A stretch of DNA of 64,000 bases. It comes from an uncultured Pelagibacteraceae bacterium. GTDB taxonomy: Bacteria; Pseudomonadota; Alphaproteobacteria; Pelagibacterales; Pelagibacteraceae. The notes under the pieces were generated by a model. It had not been told where the DNA came from. It searched no databases and was given only the letters and a program-made list of their open reading frames with translations. Shown here in pieces: positions 31,279 through 41,201 of the stretch (positions within the stretch are counted from its first letter, which is position 1; every line of letters starts with the position of its first letter). The stretch is from the NCBI GenBank assembly GCA_902634695.1, contig CACPLE010000001.1:9401-73400 (forward strand), given 5' to 3'. The translations under genes and the position numbers were made by a program.

Positions 31279-31806
31279 ATGAACTTAAAAGACCATATTC
31301 GATCAATCAAAGATTATCCCAAAAAAGGGATATTATTTAGAGATATTACAACACTTATAAAAAATGAAAAGGCATTTGCAAGTTGTATTGATCAAATTGT
31401 TGAAAGAAGCAAAAAATTTAAATTTGACAAAATTGCTGCAATAGAATCTAGAGGATTTGTTTTTGCTTCTGCAGTTTCTTACTTATTAAAAAAACCTTTT
31501 ATTCTTTTAAGAAAAAAAAATAAATTACCTGCCGAAACACATTCAGTTGAATTTGAACTAGAATATGGAAAAGCAATTATGGAAATTCATAAAGATTCCA
31601 TTGAAAATAATGACTCTGTTCTATTAGTTGATGATTTAATTGCTACAGGAGGAACAGCTGAAGCTGCAGCAAAATTAATAGAGGTTTCAAAAGGAAAGGT
31701 TGCTGGTTTTATTTTTGTAATTAATTTATTTGATCTTGGTGGGTCAGATAATTTAATAAAAAAAGGTCATAAGGTTGAAAACCTTATTGAATTTCCTGGT
31801 CACTAG
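31279..31806 (+). CDS. apt: Adenine phosphoribosyltransferase
   Basis: PKKGILFRDITTL, ESRGF, VDDLIATGGT. Confidence 0.96.
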   Translation: MNLKDHIRSIKDYPKKGILFRDITTLIKNEKAFASCIDQIVERSKKFKFDKIAAIESRGFVFASAVSYLLKKPFILLRKKNKLPAETHSVEFELEYGKAIMEIHKDSIENNDSVLLVDDLIATGGTAEAAAKLIEVSKGKVAGFIFVINLFDLGGSDNLIKKGHKVENLIEFPGH

Positions 31807-31817
31807 GTCTTTTTTAG

Positions 31818-31826
31818 TTATCCACA
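31818..31826 (+). promoter_or_regulatory. Perfect DnaA box upstream of guaC
   Basis: TTATCCACA in the 71-nt apt-guaC spacer. Confidence 0.4.
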
Positions 31827-31877
31827 GCTAATTTATTAAATTGCAATTGTCTTAAATATTAATATCTTTCCTGAGTT

Positions 31878-32912
31878 GTGAGATTAGAAGAAGACATAAA
31901 ACTAGATTATTCAGATGTATTATTTAGACCTAAAAGAAGTACATTAAAAAGCAGAAAAGACGTAAATTTAAAAAGAACATACAGATTTAAATATAGTAAA
32001 AATGAATGGTCCGGCATACCAATTATGGCTGCAAATATGGATGGAGTTGGCGAAATAGACATAGCACAAAATTTAGCTGAATTTGAAATGATAACTTGCC
32101 TAACCAAACAGCATGATGTCAGGAAACTAAAAAAATGCAAAAATATTAAAGATATATATCCACATTTAGCCTTAAGTGTTGGTATTAAAAAAGAAGATTT
32201 TGAAAATTTAAATGATGTACTAAAAGAATTCAATTTTATAAAGTTTATTTGTATTGATGTAGCTAATGGCTATTCGGAACATTTTAGCAAATTTGTAAAA
32301 TCAGTAAGAGACAAATATCCAACTAAAACTATTATAGCTGGAAATGTAGTAACTGCCGACATGACTCAAGAGCTGGTTCTTTCTGGCGCAGATATAGTTA
32401 AGGTTGGCATTGGTCCTGGAAGTGTATGCACAACAAGAATCCAAACTGGAGTTGGATATCCACAGTTAAGCGCTGTTATCGAATGTGCTGATGCCGCGCA
32501 CGGCTTAGGTGCTCATATAATTGCTGACGGTGGCTGTACATGTCCAGGAGATGTAGCCAAGGGTTTTGGTGGTGGCGCAGATTTTGTTATGTTGGGAGGA
32601 ATGTTTGCTGGTCATGATGAAGGTAAAGGTAAATTGGTTAAAAAAAATGGAGAAAAATTTATTGAATTTTATGGCTCAAGCTCAGATCAAGCAAATAAAA
32701 AACATTATGGAGGTCTATCAAATTACAGGAGTAGCGAAGGGAGAATGGTGAGAATAAAATATAGGGGTAAAATAAAAAATACTATTCACAACATACTTGG
32801 CGGAGTAAGAAGTAGTTGCACTTATGTTGGGGCACCATCATTAAAACAATTAAGCAAATGTACGACTTTTGTTAGAGTTTCCAACCAATATAACGAAACA
32901 TTTATCAAATAA
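31878..32912 (+). CDS. guaC: GMP reductase
   Basis: [39 protein letters not shown]. Confidence 0.96.
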   Translation: MRLEEDIKLDYSDVLFRPKRSTLKSRKDVNLKRTYRFKYSKNEWSGIPIMAANMDGVGEIDIAQNLAEFEMITCLTKQHDVRKLKKCKNIKDIYPHLALSVGIKKEDFENLNDVLKEFNFIKFICIDVANGYSEHFSKFVKSVRDKYPTKTIIAGNVVTADMTQELVLSGADIVKVGIGPGSVCTTRIQTGVGYPQLSAVIECADAAHGLGAHIIADGGCTCPGDVAKGFGGGADFVMLGGMFAGHDEGKGKLVKKNGEKFIEFYGSSSDQANKKHYGGLSNYRSSEGRMVRIKYRGKIKNTIHNILGGVRSSCTYVGAPSLKQLSKCTTFVRVSNQYNETFIK

Positions 32913-33950
32913 TTAAAAAGATAATAATTTTATAATTTTAATTGCTTTTAAATTTGGCAACTTTTTACTAGAAGTATTTTCTTTTTGATTATTTAAATTG
33001 GATAAATAATGATCATAACATTCAATTAACATTTCTTCATTAGTATATTCGGGTTTCCATTTTAATACTTCTTTTATTTTGTCAATTTTTAAGACACAGT
33101 TTGAAACAAGCATCCTTTGGTGGTAAGGGCCTAAAGAAACCAAACCCAAAATATTTAAAATTTTTAAGATTAATATTCCTAAATTTTTAGGAAATTTTTT
33201 AATTTTTCTTTTAGAACCGGAATGATCAAGTAATTTTTGAAAAATTGTACTAATTGTATTTACATGATCAGATCCAATGTTAAATAAATGTTTACCCTTC
33301 AGAGAAATAGATAGGTTAATAGCGTTTATCAAATCTAAAGAGTAAATAAAATGAATTTTATTTTCTCCATTGCCTATAAGCCATATATCAATATTTTCTC
33401 TAACCATTTCAAATAGCAAAGCTAATTTATCCAATCTCTTTTTTCCAATAATTACCGGGCATCTAAAAATAACAATATCTCCACTATAACTATGTTTCAA
33501 AATTAAATTTTCAGCTGCAAATTTTGATTTACCGTAATGAACTATTGCAGTTGGTTTTTCTTCTTCATCAATTAAAGATGTATAGTTTTTTTCAAAAATT
33601 GAAAAAGTAGAAGTGAAAATAAATTTTTCAACATTATATTTTTCACTCAAATCTAATAAATTTTTAGTACCTTGATAATTTGTATCCCAAATTATATTGA
33701 CATTTTTTTCATCCAATATTTCTGCTGCACAATGAATAATAATATTCACCTTTTCTTTTTTAAAAATATTATCTATTGTTTTGTAATCCCTAATATCTGC
33801 TTGGTATTTAATTATATTTTTTTCATTAATAAAATTGATTGAAGGGTCTTTATCTAGAGCAATAATAATATTGTCTCTAGCAAAAAAATTAGCCACTTCT
33901 TCCCCTAAAAAACCATTGCTTCCCGTTATTAATATTTTATTTTTTGCCAT
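32913..33950 (-). CDS. NAD-dependent epimerase/dehydratase (extended SDR)
   Basis: TGSNGFLG, HCAA, YGKSK. Confidence 0.88.
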   Translation of the reverse strand: MAKNKILITGSNGFLGEEVANFFARDNIIIALDKDPSINFINEKNIIKYQADIRDYKTIDNIFKKEKVNIIIHCAAEILDEKNVNIIWDTNYQGTKNLLDLSEKYNVEKFIFTSTFSIFEKNYTSLIDEEEKPTAIVHYGKSKFAAENLILKHSYSGDIVIFRCPVIIGKKRLDKLALLFEMVRENIDIWLIGNGENKIHFIYSLDLINAINLSISLKGKHLFNIGSDHVNTISTIFQKLLDHSGSKRKIKKFPKNLGILILKILNILGLVSLGPYHQRMLVSNCVLKIDKIKEVLKWKPEYTNEEMLIECYDHYLSNLNNQKENTSSKKLPNLKAIKIIKLLSF

Positions 33951-33980
33951 TATATAATATGTATTTACTTTACATATAAT

Positions 33981-34760
33981 ATGAAAATGAAAATTATAAA
34001 AGAATCAAAGTCTAAAAATACCAAAATGAATAAATATTGGCTTAAGTCGGCTGGCTTGAATCATTTTTGGATGGTGTGGAGAATAAAATTTTTACTTAAA
34101 TTGCTTGATTATTATAAAATTACTTTAAACAAAAAACTAAAAATAATGGATCTTGGATGTGGAAATGGTATTTTAAGCAATCAACTTGAAATGATAAGAA
34201 AGATCAAAATAGATAGGATCGATTCAGATTACAGAACTCTTAAAAATAACAAAAATGTAAAAGGTAAATTAATTTGTTACAATGTAAGCAATAAAATCAA
34301 CAAATTAAAAAAATCTTACGATATGATTTTTTTGTTTGATGTAATCGAACATGTCAAAAATGATAAGAAATTCCTATCTGACACTTTGTTTCATTTAAAG
34401 AAAGGTGGTTATTTAATAATTAATGTGCCTAGTTTACAATTTTTCTTTAGCAAATATGATCATGTTATAGGTCACTTAAGAAGGTACGACAAAAATAGTA
34501 TTAAAAATTTGGTTAAGAGGCTTAAAATACAAACTATAACGGTTGATTATTGGGGAATTTTTTTATTGCCTCTTTTAATTTTAAGAAAGGTTATATTATT
34601 TTTTTATAATAAAAAAGACGTAGATAAAATTGTAAAAAAAGGATGGGAAACAAATAAATACCTAAACATTTTTTTTAAATACGTTTTAGAATTAGAATTA
34701 AAATTTTTTAAAAAACAATTTTTAGGGACTTCTTTGATGATAATATTAAAAAAAATATGA
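33981..34760 (+). CDS. Class I SAM-dependent methyltransferase
   Basis: MDLGCGNG, DVIEH, GHLRRY. Confidence 0.87.
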   Translation: MKMKIIKESKSKNTKMNKYWLKSAGLNHFWMVWRIKFLLKLLDYYKITLNKKLKIMDLGCGNGILSNQLEMIRKIKIDRIDSDYRTLKNNKNVKGKLICYNVSNKINKLKKSYDMIFLFDVIEHVKNDKKFLSDTLFHLKKGGYLIINVPSLQFFFSKYDHVIGHLRRYDKNSIKNLVKRLKIQTITVDYWGIFLLPLLILRKVILFFYNKKDVDKIVKKGWETNKYLNIFFKYVLELELKFFKKQFLGTSLMIILKKI

Positions 34761-35905
34761 GTATTTTTAACCTTAAACAAAAAATAGGATTGGCAAAAAA
34801 TGTGGTTACAAAAACACCTATTTACGTTCAATTTTATATAACATCAAGATGCAATCTAACATGCGAACAATGCAGCATTATACATGCAGATGCAAAGCAT
34901 CAAGAAATGAATATTGAGCAAATCAATAATGTAGCTGAAAATCTTAAAAAAATTGGTGTAAGAATTGTTTTGTTAATTGGTGGCGAACCTTTTGTTAGAA
35001 AAGATATTGCAGAAATTGTCAAAGCTTTTACTAGTAGAAATATTCACATTAGGTTACAAACAAATGGGGTTGCCACTGAAACGCAACTAAAAGATTGTGT
35101 TAAAGCTGGAGGCAAAGATATAAGTATATCATTAGATACTTTAGAATCATCAACTCAAGATAAAATTAATGGTGGTTTCAATAAGTCTTGGGAAAAAGCT
35201 ATTGAAACAATAGCTAAAGTTACACAAATTTTTCCCGAAAATTCAACTGCTTTTTTTAACAGTGTAATAATGCCAAGAAATTTTAACCATATTGAAAATG
35301 TTATAAAATTTGCAACAAAAATTGGCTGGGGTGTATCTCTAGTTCCCGTTCATATATCTGACCCTACTCACCCATTGCCTTATAGAACTTTGGACTATGA
35401 TGGTTCTCTTGATTTTAAAAATATAAGTGAACAAAAAGTAGAAAATTATATTTTTAAATTAAAAGAAATGAAGAAAAAATATAATCTTTACGACTCTGAT
35501 GCTTATTTAGATGACGTAGGAAGGTTTATTTTAAAAAAACCTGTTAAATGGAGAAAAAAAAACAATAACGTATGCGATTCTCCAAACCTTTACTTTGCTA
35601 TTGCTCCTAGTGGTTTAATCAAAGTTTGTTGCGATTACGAGATTGAAAATAGGTATTATATTTATGATAAAGATTTCCCAGAAAAATTTAATAATAAAGA
35701 AATACATAATGAAATACATAAAGTAACGAATGTCTGCAACGGCTGCATGTATGGAAGCTACCCTGAAGTAACCATTACAGCAAGATACCTTGAGGCTTTT
35801 GTGGAAAGACTTAAATATTTTACTTTAAAAACACCTAAACTAAAAAAATTTACAAAGCTTGAGCTACAAGATTTAGCTTCAGAAATTCTTAATGAGCAAA
35901 ACTAA
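34757..35905 (+). CDS. Radical SAM protein with C-terminal SPASM/twitch-like cysteines
   Basis: CNLTCEQC (CX3CX2C), GGEP, ISLD, C-terminal C...VCC...CNGC. Confidence 0.9.
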   Translation: MSIFNLKQKIGLAKNVVTKTPIYVQFYITSRCNLTCEQCSIIHADAKHQEMNIEQINNVAENLKKIGVRIVLLIGGEPFVRKDIAEIVKAFTSRNIHIRLQTNGVATETQLKDCVKAGGKDISISLDTLESSTQDKINGGFNKSWEKAIETIAKVTQIFPENSTAFFNSVIMPRNFNHIENVIKFATKIGWGVSLVPVHISDPTHPLPYRTLDYDGSLDFKNISEQKVENYIFKLKEMKKKYNLYDSDAYLDDVGRFILKKPVKWRKKNNNVCDSPNLYFAIAPSGLIKVCCDYEIENRYYIYDKDFPEKFNNKEIHNEIHKVTNVCNGCMYGSYPEVTITARYLEAFVERLKYFTLKTPKLKKFTKLELQDLASEILNEQN

Positions 35906-36194
35906 CGCCTTAAAATTTTTAATTTTACAAAAATTAAATAAGCATAAATCGAAGATTTATGACAACATTCATAAAGATGTGGCTTATTCTTTAAATGTTC
36001 AAATTCTAAATGACAATTATAAAATTACCTGGAAAACAAAAAATAATAATCATGAAATAAATGTCAAAGAAAGTGACTATTATTTTTATATAAAGTCTGA
36101 ATTCAATCAAAACTCAGACAGAGATCAAATAGAAAAAAATGAACTTAGTGCTGAAAATTTAGTTTTAAGAATAATAGAAAAAAGTATTAATTAA
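35892..36194 (+). CDS. Hypothetical protein
   Basis: 100-aa ORF overlapping the radical SAM stop. No family recognised. Confidence 0.55.
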   Translation: MSKTNALKFLILQKLNKHKSKIYDNIHKDVAYSLNVQILNDNYKITWKTKNNNHEINVKESDYYFYIKSEFNQNSDRDQIEKNELSAENLVLRIIEKSIN

Positions 36195-37705
36195 TTTTCA
36201 ATTCCTACTCTCTTTAATATAAAAATATCACCAATGTTAGGATAATTGTCAGAAAAAATTTTAATAATTTTATAATTGTTTTTTTTTACTAATTCATCAA
36301 TTAGCTTTGTTCCCGTAAAGTTATGAATAATATAATCATATTTTAAATCTTTTATATATTTTAAATGTTTAGAATAAGTTTTTTCGTAATTTCCACCTAT
36401 TTGAGTAGATCTATAAGAAAGTAAATCACCAATATCAATTAATTCATTGGTATATTTTTTTTTTTGAAAATGTAAACTTTCAGATAATATGTTTTTATTT
36501 TCAGATAATTCAAAAATATATCGGTGCAACTCAATAGCTTTGGTCTTCGATGTATGCAAAGAATAACTTGCTTTTATAGAGTTTTTAACTGCATTAATTA
36601 AAAGAATTGAAGAAGCGAGAACAAACATGGAGTTAATAATTTTTTTTATGTCAAAAGAAATTTTTTGATTATTGTTAAAAGAGTCTAATATTATAAACCA
36701 AAAAACAAAAACTACAGGTGTAAAGTAGTAAATTCCACCACCTACGTAGTTATATACATATGATATTGTGCAAGATATTATAATCAATAAACTAAATAAT
36801 ATCCTAGTAAAATGTGTTAAAAAATTTTCTGATGTTTCTATTAAAAATTTATAATTTATTAAAAATAGAAGAAAGAGAATTAGATAAAGCTTTTCAACTC
36901 TCAAAATATGCTTAAAACCATTATAAAAATGATTTAAGGAAAAAAAGCTTTCGAAGTAAAAAAAAGTAACAAAATAATTTAAATATCTTTTTAATTGAAA
37001 GTCAAAAAAAAATAGCAATATAATTAAAAAAGGTAAAGTAATAAAAAAAATAATTTTACTTGCTTTCGCTAAGTTCTGTAATGAAAAAATTTCTTCAAGT
37101 CTATTCTTGATAAGCAGTGGATAAAATATAATACCTAAAACTACAGGAAAAAATCTCCAATTTGTTAAAATTACCAATGAAGCAAAAGATGAAGCTATAA
37201 TTATACCTTTGTTTTTTGAGTGAACATAACGATTTGAACATAAAAAAACTAATATAGATAATAAAAACATCGCAGTTACATCTGCTCTACCTTGGTAAGT
37301 TTTGGTTAATAAATAAATCATACTGTAAATAAGTATTGATAGAAAAATTACAATTTTAATACCTTGATTTTTTTTTAATAAATAAAAATTAATTAAAAAA
37401 ATAGATATAAAAAATAATACATTTGGCGTTCTAGATATTTGCCATGGTTCAAGAAATGGCATTAATATACTAAATAAATATTTTATCATTGGATCAAAAG
37501 GTCCGTGAGCCTGATTAGCATAAGCGACGTAATCAGCATTATAAATATTAATATCTGCTTTCATTGTTAATACATGCATCCATAAAGTTGATTCTCTTAC
37601 TTCTAATTCGATAGGGTAAAAAAAACTTTGAAAAATTGGTATAAATAATAATAAAGTTACAAATGCAAAGACAAGGTTAGCAAAAAAAAATTTATTAGGT
37701 CTCAT
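36191..37705 (-). CDS. Polytopic membrane protein (GT-C / surface glycosylation-like)
   Basis: About 11-12 TM segments with an early extracytoplasmic loop (ELEVRE...HGPFDP) and a soluble C-terminal domain. Start reassigned to ATG 37705 because the longer ORF start lies in the tRNA. Confidence 0.7.
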   Translation of the reverse strand: MRPNKFFFANLVFAFVTLLLFIPIFQSFFYPIELEVRESTLWMHVLTMKADINIYNADYVAYANQAHGPFDPMIKYLFSILMPFLEPWQISRTPNVLFFISIFLINFYLLKKNQGIKIVIFLSILIYSMIYLLTKTYQGRADVTAMFLLSILVFLCSNRYVHSKNKGIIIASSFASLVILTNWRFFPVVLGIIFYPLLIKNRLEEIFSLQNLAKASKIIFFITLPFLIILLFFFDFQLKRYLNYFVTFFYFESFFSLNHFYNGFKHILRVEKLYLILFLLFLINYKFLIETSENFLTHFTRILFSLLIIISCTISYVYNYVGGGIYYFTPVVFVFWFIILDSFNNNQKISFDIKKIINSMFVLASSILLINAVKNSIKASYSLHTSKTKAIELHRYIFELSENKNILSESLHFQKKKYTNELIDIGDLLSYRSTQIGGNYEKTYSKHLKYIKDLKYDYIIHNFTGTKLIDELVKKNNYKIIKIFSDNYPNIGDIFILKRVGIEN

Positions 37706-37711
37706 TTTATA

Positions 37712-37788
37712 TGGTAGCGGGAAGTGGGATCGAACCACTGACCTCGGGCTTATGAGTCCCGCGCTCTAACCAACTGAGCTACCCCGCC
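37712..37788 (-). tRNA. tRNA-Met (CAT), elongator type
   Basis: Reverse complement GGCGGGGTAGCTCAGTTGGTTAGAGCGCGGGACTCATAAGCCCGAGGTCAGTGGTTCGATCCCACTTCCCGCTACCA: cloverleaf, TTCGA T-loop, encoded CCA. G1 start is not the initiator C1:A72 pattern. Confidence 0.95.
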
Positions 37789-37858
37789 ACTTTAATATGT
37801 GAAATTTATATTAGTTTTTAATTTTAATACAATCAATAATTAAATATATTAACAAAAA

Positions 37859-38380
37859 ATGAATCAATTTAATAAATTTATACTAATTATATTTTTTCTG
37901 CTATTTTCCAGTAAACTTAATGCTGCTATTGAAACGCCTTTCGAAAACATGATTGTTAATAAAGAACCAGTTGAATATAAAAATATTCTATTCAAAGATT
38001 TCAATGGAAATACAATAAATTTAAATACTCAAGAGGCTCAGTTTTTTTTTCTTAATTTTTGGGCCACCTGGTGTCTTCCTTGTAAAGAAGAAATGCCTTA
38101 TTTGGATAAATTACAAAACTTTAATGGTATTAAAGTTTTCCCTATAAACGTAGAAAATAATAACAAATTAAAAACAGAAATATTTTTTAAAAATTTGGAA
38201 ATAAAAAATTTATCTATATATTTTGATATTGAAACAAACTTAGCAAATTTGTTTAGATTAAGAGGTATACCAACAACAATAATTTTAAATAAGGAAAAAA
38301 AAGAAATAGCTAGAGTAATAGGAATAGTTGATTTTTCAGATAAAAAATTTATCGAATGGCTAAATAATTATTCAAATTAA
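37859..38380 (+). CDS. TlpA/ResA family thiol:disulfide interchange protein
   Basis: NFWATWCLPCKEEMP, GIPTT, N-terminal signal or anchor. Confidence 0.92.
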   Translation: MNQFNKFILIIFFLLFSSKLNAAIETPFENMIVNKEPVEYKNILFKDFNGNTINLNTQEAQFFFLNFWATWCLPCKEEMPYLDKLQNFNGIKVFPINVENNNKLKTEIFFKNLEIKNLSIYFDIETNLANLFRLRGIPTTIILNKEKKEIARVIGIVDFSDKKFIEWLNNYSN

Positions 38381-38448
38381 AAAATATAATAGGAATAATT
38401 TTTCGAGATATAATATCTCTAATAAAGCTAATCTTGCAATTTATGTTG

Positions 38449-38655
38449 TTAAAGCGAAGCAATAATTCCGGTAACAGCAAGCACGCTAACTACTAATCCA
38501 AGGAAAACGTAATTTTCTTTTTTCTCCTTGCTTTTTTCATCTCTAATATTTCTCAACAAATTATTAATGTTAACTCTTTTACCGTTTGAATTGGAATAAG
38601 AACTCATACTTGGGGTCTTATTAAGTTCTTTATGTGTAATTTGTTCTCCGCTCAT
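38449..38655 (-). CDS. Small hypothetical protein with C-terminal TM anchor
   Basis: 68 aa, AGGA upstream, RVNINNLL...KKEN followed by a hydrophobic tail. Confidence 0.6.
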   Translation of the reverse strand: MSGEQITHKELNKTPSMSSYSNSNGKRVNINNLLRNIRDEKSKEKKENYVFLGLVVSVLAVTGIIASL

Positions 38656-38759
38656 GTTTTTTCCTGAATTAATTTAATCATAAATAAATATTTCAACAAA
38701 TACTTCCACTGCCCATTTCGGGTTTTGATAAATTTTTAGTGGTCCATTTTGGGTATATA

Positions 38760-41201
38760 TTAGATATCTTTAATTTTTTTTGAATTGAGAGGTTTTAAAA
38801 TTATTGATGCTTGGTATTTCTTTTTTTCTACTTCTATAAATAAATTTTCCTTCACAAGATCCTCTTTTGCAAGATCTGTATTCACATATCCAAACGCAAG
38901 ATTTTTATTAAAATTAAAAGAAAAATTGCCAGAAGTTGTTCTTCCAATAATTTCTTTTTCATTATAAATGGGCTCATCATGAAGCAGTAATGGCTCCCCA
39001 GGTTTGCTATTTTTTAAAGTAAGCATTACAAATTTCTTATTATCCTTTTTTTCTCTAATTTTTTGTAATGCGGCTTTTCCTAAAAAATCAATATTCTTTT
39101 TATAACTAACTGCAAATTGTAAACCGGCTTGATATTGGTTTTCCTCAGGAGATATATCATGTCCCCAGTGTACATAACCAGTTTCCATTCTCATTGTGTC
39201 CATTGCAAGCATTCCACAATTAGAAATATTATATTCTTTCCCAGCTTCTATTATAGAATTATAGATTTCTTTAGACTCATCCATTTTTATGTAAAGTTCA
39301 AAGCCCAATTCACCTACATAGGATAGTCTTTGTGCCAAAACTTCTTTGCCGTTTATTGTTATTTTCTTGCTATTTCCAAATTTTAGATTTTCATTAGACA
39401 AATCATCTTTAGATATTTTCGACATTAAATTTCTACTTTTTGGTCCAAACACGCCTAAACAAGCTATTTCATCAGTCACATCTATAAATTGAACTTTTTT
39501 GGATAAATGTTTTAAAATATGAAACTTGTCATGTTCTCTATTTGCTGCGGAAGTTATTATTCTAAAGTAATTTTTTTCAATACAAACAACTGTAAGATCA
39601 GCTTCAATACCTCCATGTTTATTAAGCATTTGCGTATATGTAGTTTTGCCAACTTCATCTTTTATATTTGCGGTACAAATTTTTTGTAATTCACTATGAA
39701 CATCTTGTCCTTTTAGATCGTATTTAGAAAAAGCTGTTAAGTCGAATAAACCAACATTTTCTCTAGCATTTTTTGTTTCAAATTTTACTGCTGGATACCA
39801 ATTTTGATAATTATAACTATATTCAAATTCTGGTTTTTCAGCGTTTAATGCAAACCACATGGGTCTTTCATATCCATTTGATACACCAAAACACGCTCCT
39901 GCTTTTTTTAATTCATCATGGTAAGGTAATATTTTTTGATTTCGTGAAGTTTTATGTTGTTTGTAAGGCCAATGCATTCCATATAAATCACCTAAAGTTT
40001 CGGTTATTCTTTCTTTAATAAAATCTATGTTTGAATGAAATTTTTGAAATCTTTTTATGTCATAAATAAATAAATCTTCATCAATATGACCTGTCATCAT
40101 CCATTCAGCTGTTGCTTTTCCAACTCCGCCTCCACTCCCAATTCCAATACTATTTAACCCACAACATACAAAAAGATTTTTAATTTCTGGAATTTCTCCT
40201 AAAAGTGTATTGGTATCTGGAGTAAAAGATTCTGGGCCAGCAAAAAATTTTCTTATTCCTGCTTTCTCTAAAATAGGAACTCTTTTCATTGCAGCAGTTA
40301 AATAAGGTTCAAAATGATCAAAATTTTCTGGAAATTCTCCAAATGAAAAATCTTCAGGTACTCTATTTGTTTTGTTAAATGCAGGAATTGATTTTCCTTC
40401 AAAAATACCAATTAACATTTTTCCTGCATCTTCTTTTAAATATAAACTGTCATCAAAATCTCTTAATACTGGGATATCCTTTGGCAAGTCTTTCATTGGT
40501 TCCGTAATTACATAGAAATGTTCAGCTGGATATAATGGAATACTAAAACCCATATCTTCACCAATTTGCCTAGACCACATTCCTGTGGCAAGAACTACAT
40601 ATTCACATTCAATGGTTTTTTTATTAACAACTACGCCATGAATTTTACCATTTTTTTTTAATATTTTTTCAACTGGTGATTTTTCAAATATTTTTACACC
40701 TTCTTTTCTGGCCGCTTTAGCAAGTAAATTTGTTACACCGATTGGATCAGCTTGGCCGTCTCCTGGCATAAATATTCCACCTAGAACATTTTCATCATTA
40801 ATTATAGGGTAAATTTTTTTAATTTGATCGATATTTAATACTTCAACATTAACATCAAATAATTGAGCTGTTGTTGCTTGTCTTTGTAATTCTTGCCACC
40901 TTCCCTTTGTAGTCGCAATTGACAATGCACCATTTAATTTTAAACCACTTGAAAAATCGACTTCTTTTTCAAGCTTTTTATAGAGTTCTAGTGAATATTT
41001 TCTTATTTTTGTAATAGCAGCTGATGGGCCAAGTTGACTAACTAGTCCGGCTGCATGCCAAGTAGTTCCTGAGGTTAACTGATCTCTTTCTAATATTATT
41101 GTGTCTTTCCAGCCAAGTTTTGCTAAGTGATAAGCTACCGAACAACCTGCTACACCACCTCCAATAACGACAACTTTAGTGGCGTTAGGTAAATTTTTCA
41201 T
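38760..41201 (-). CDS. GcvT-family FAD-dependent oxidoreductase (dimethylglycine/sarcosine dehydrogenase-like)
   Basis: IGGGVAG, TSGTTWHAAG, GPESFTPD, YVGELGFE, RMETG (folate-binding GcvT domain). Confidence 0.92.
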   Translation of the reverse strand: MKNLPNATKVVVIGGGVAGCSVAYHLAKLGWKDTIILERDQLTSGTTWHAAGLVSQLGPSAAITKIRKYSLELYKKLEKEVDFSSGLKLNGALSIATTKGRWQELQRQATTAQLFDVNVEVLNIDQIKKIYPIINDENVLGGIFMPGDGQADPIGVTNLLAKAARKEGVKIFEKSPVEKILKKNGKIHGVVVNKKTIECEYVVLATGMWSRQIGEDMGFSIPLYPAEHFYVITEPMKDLPKDIPVLRDFDDSLYLKEDAGKMLIGIFEGKSIPAFNKTNRVPEDFSFGEFPENFDHFEPYLTAAMKRVPILEKAGIRKFFAGPESFTPDTNTLLGEIPEIKNLFVCCGLNSIGIGSGGGVGKATAEWMMTGHIDEDLFIYDIKRFQKFHSNIDFIKERITETLGDLYGMHWPYKQHKTSRNQKILPYHDELKKAGACFGVSNGYERPMWFALNAEKPEFEYSYNYQNWYPAVKFETKNARENVGLFDLTAFSKYDLKGQDVHSELQKICTANIKDEVGKTTYTQMLNKHGGIEADLTVVCIEKNYFRIITSAANREHDKFHILKHLSKKVQFIDVTDEIACLGVFGPKSRNLMSKISKDDLSNENLKFGNSKKITINGKEVLAQRLSYVGELGFELYIKMDESKEIYNSIIEAGKEYNISNCGMLAMDTMRMETGYVHWGHDISPEENQYQAGLQFAVSYKKNIDFLGKAALQKIREKKDNKKFVMLTLKNSKPGEPLLLHDEPIYNEKEIIGRTTSGNFSFNFNKNLAFGYVNTDLAKEDLVKENLFIEVEKKKYQASIILKPLNSKKIKDI

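Noticed and set aside
31235-31306. N-terminal extension of mtnP in the ORF track
   Set aside because: Overlaps divergent apt. MtnP homology begins at MANNKLAIIGGSG.
36191-37705. Poly-A/T tracts as phase-variation switches
   Set aside because: Homopolymers of 8-10 nt are common throughout this AT-rich window and the frame is intact.
37706-37738. N-terminal extension (MVRSHFPLPYK) of the 515-aa ORF
   Set aside because: Lies within the tRNA T-arm and acceptor stem. ATG at 37705 is the more plausible start.
32880-37800. Integrative element or prophage at tRNA-Met
   Set aside because: No integrase, transposase or duplicated tRNA 3' end (att site) seen at the guaC side.
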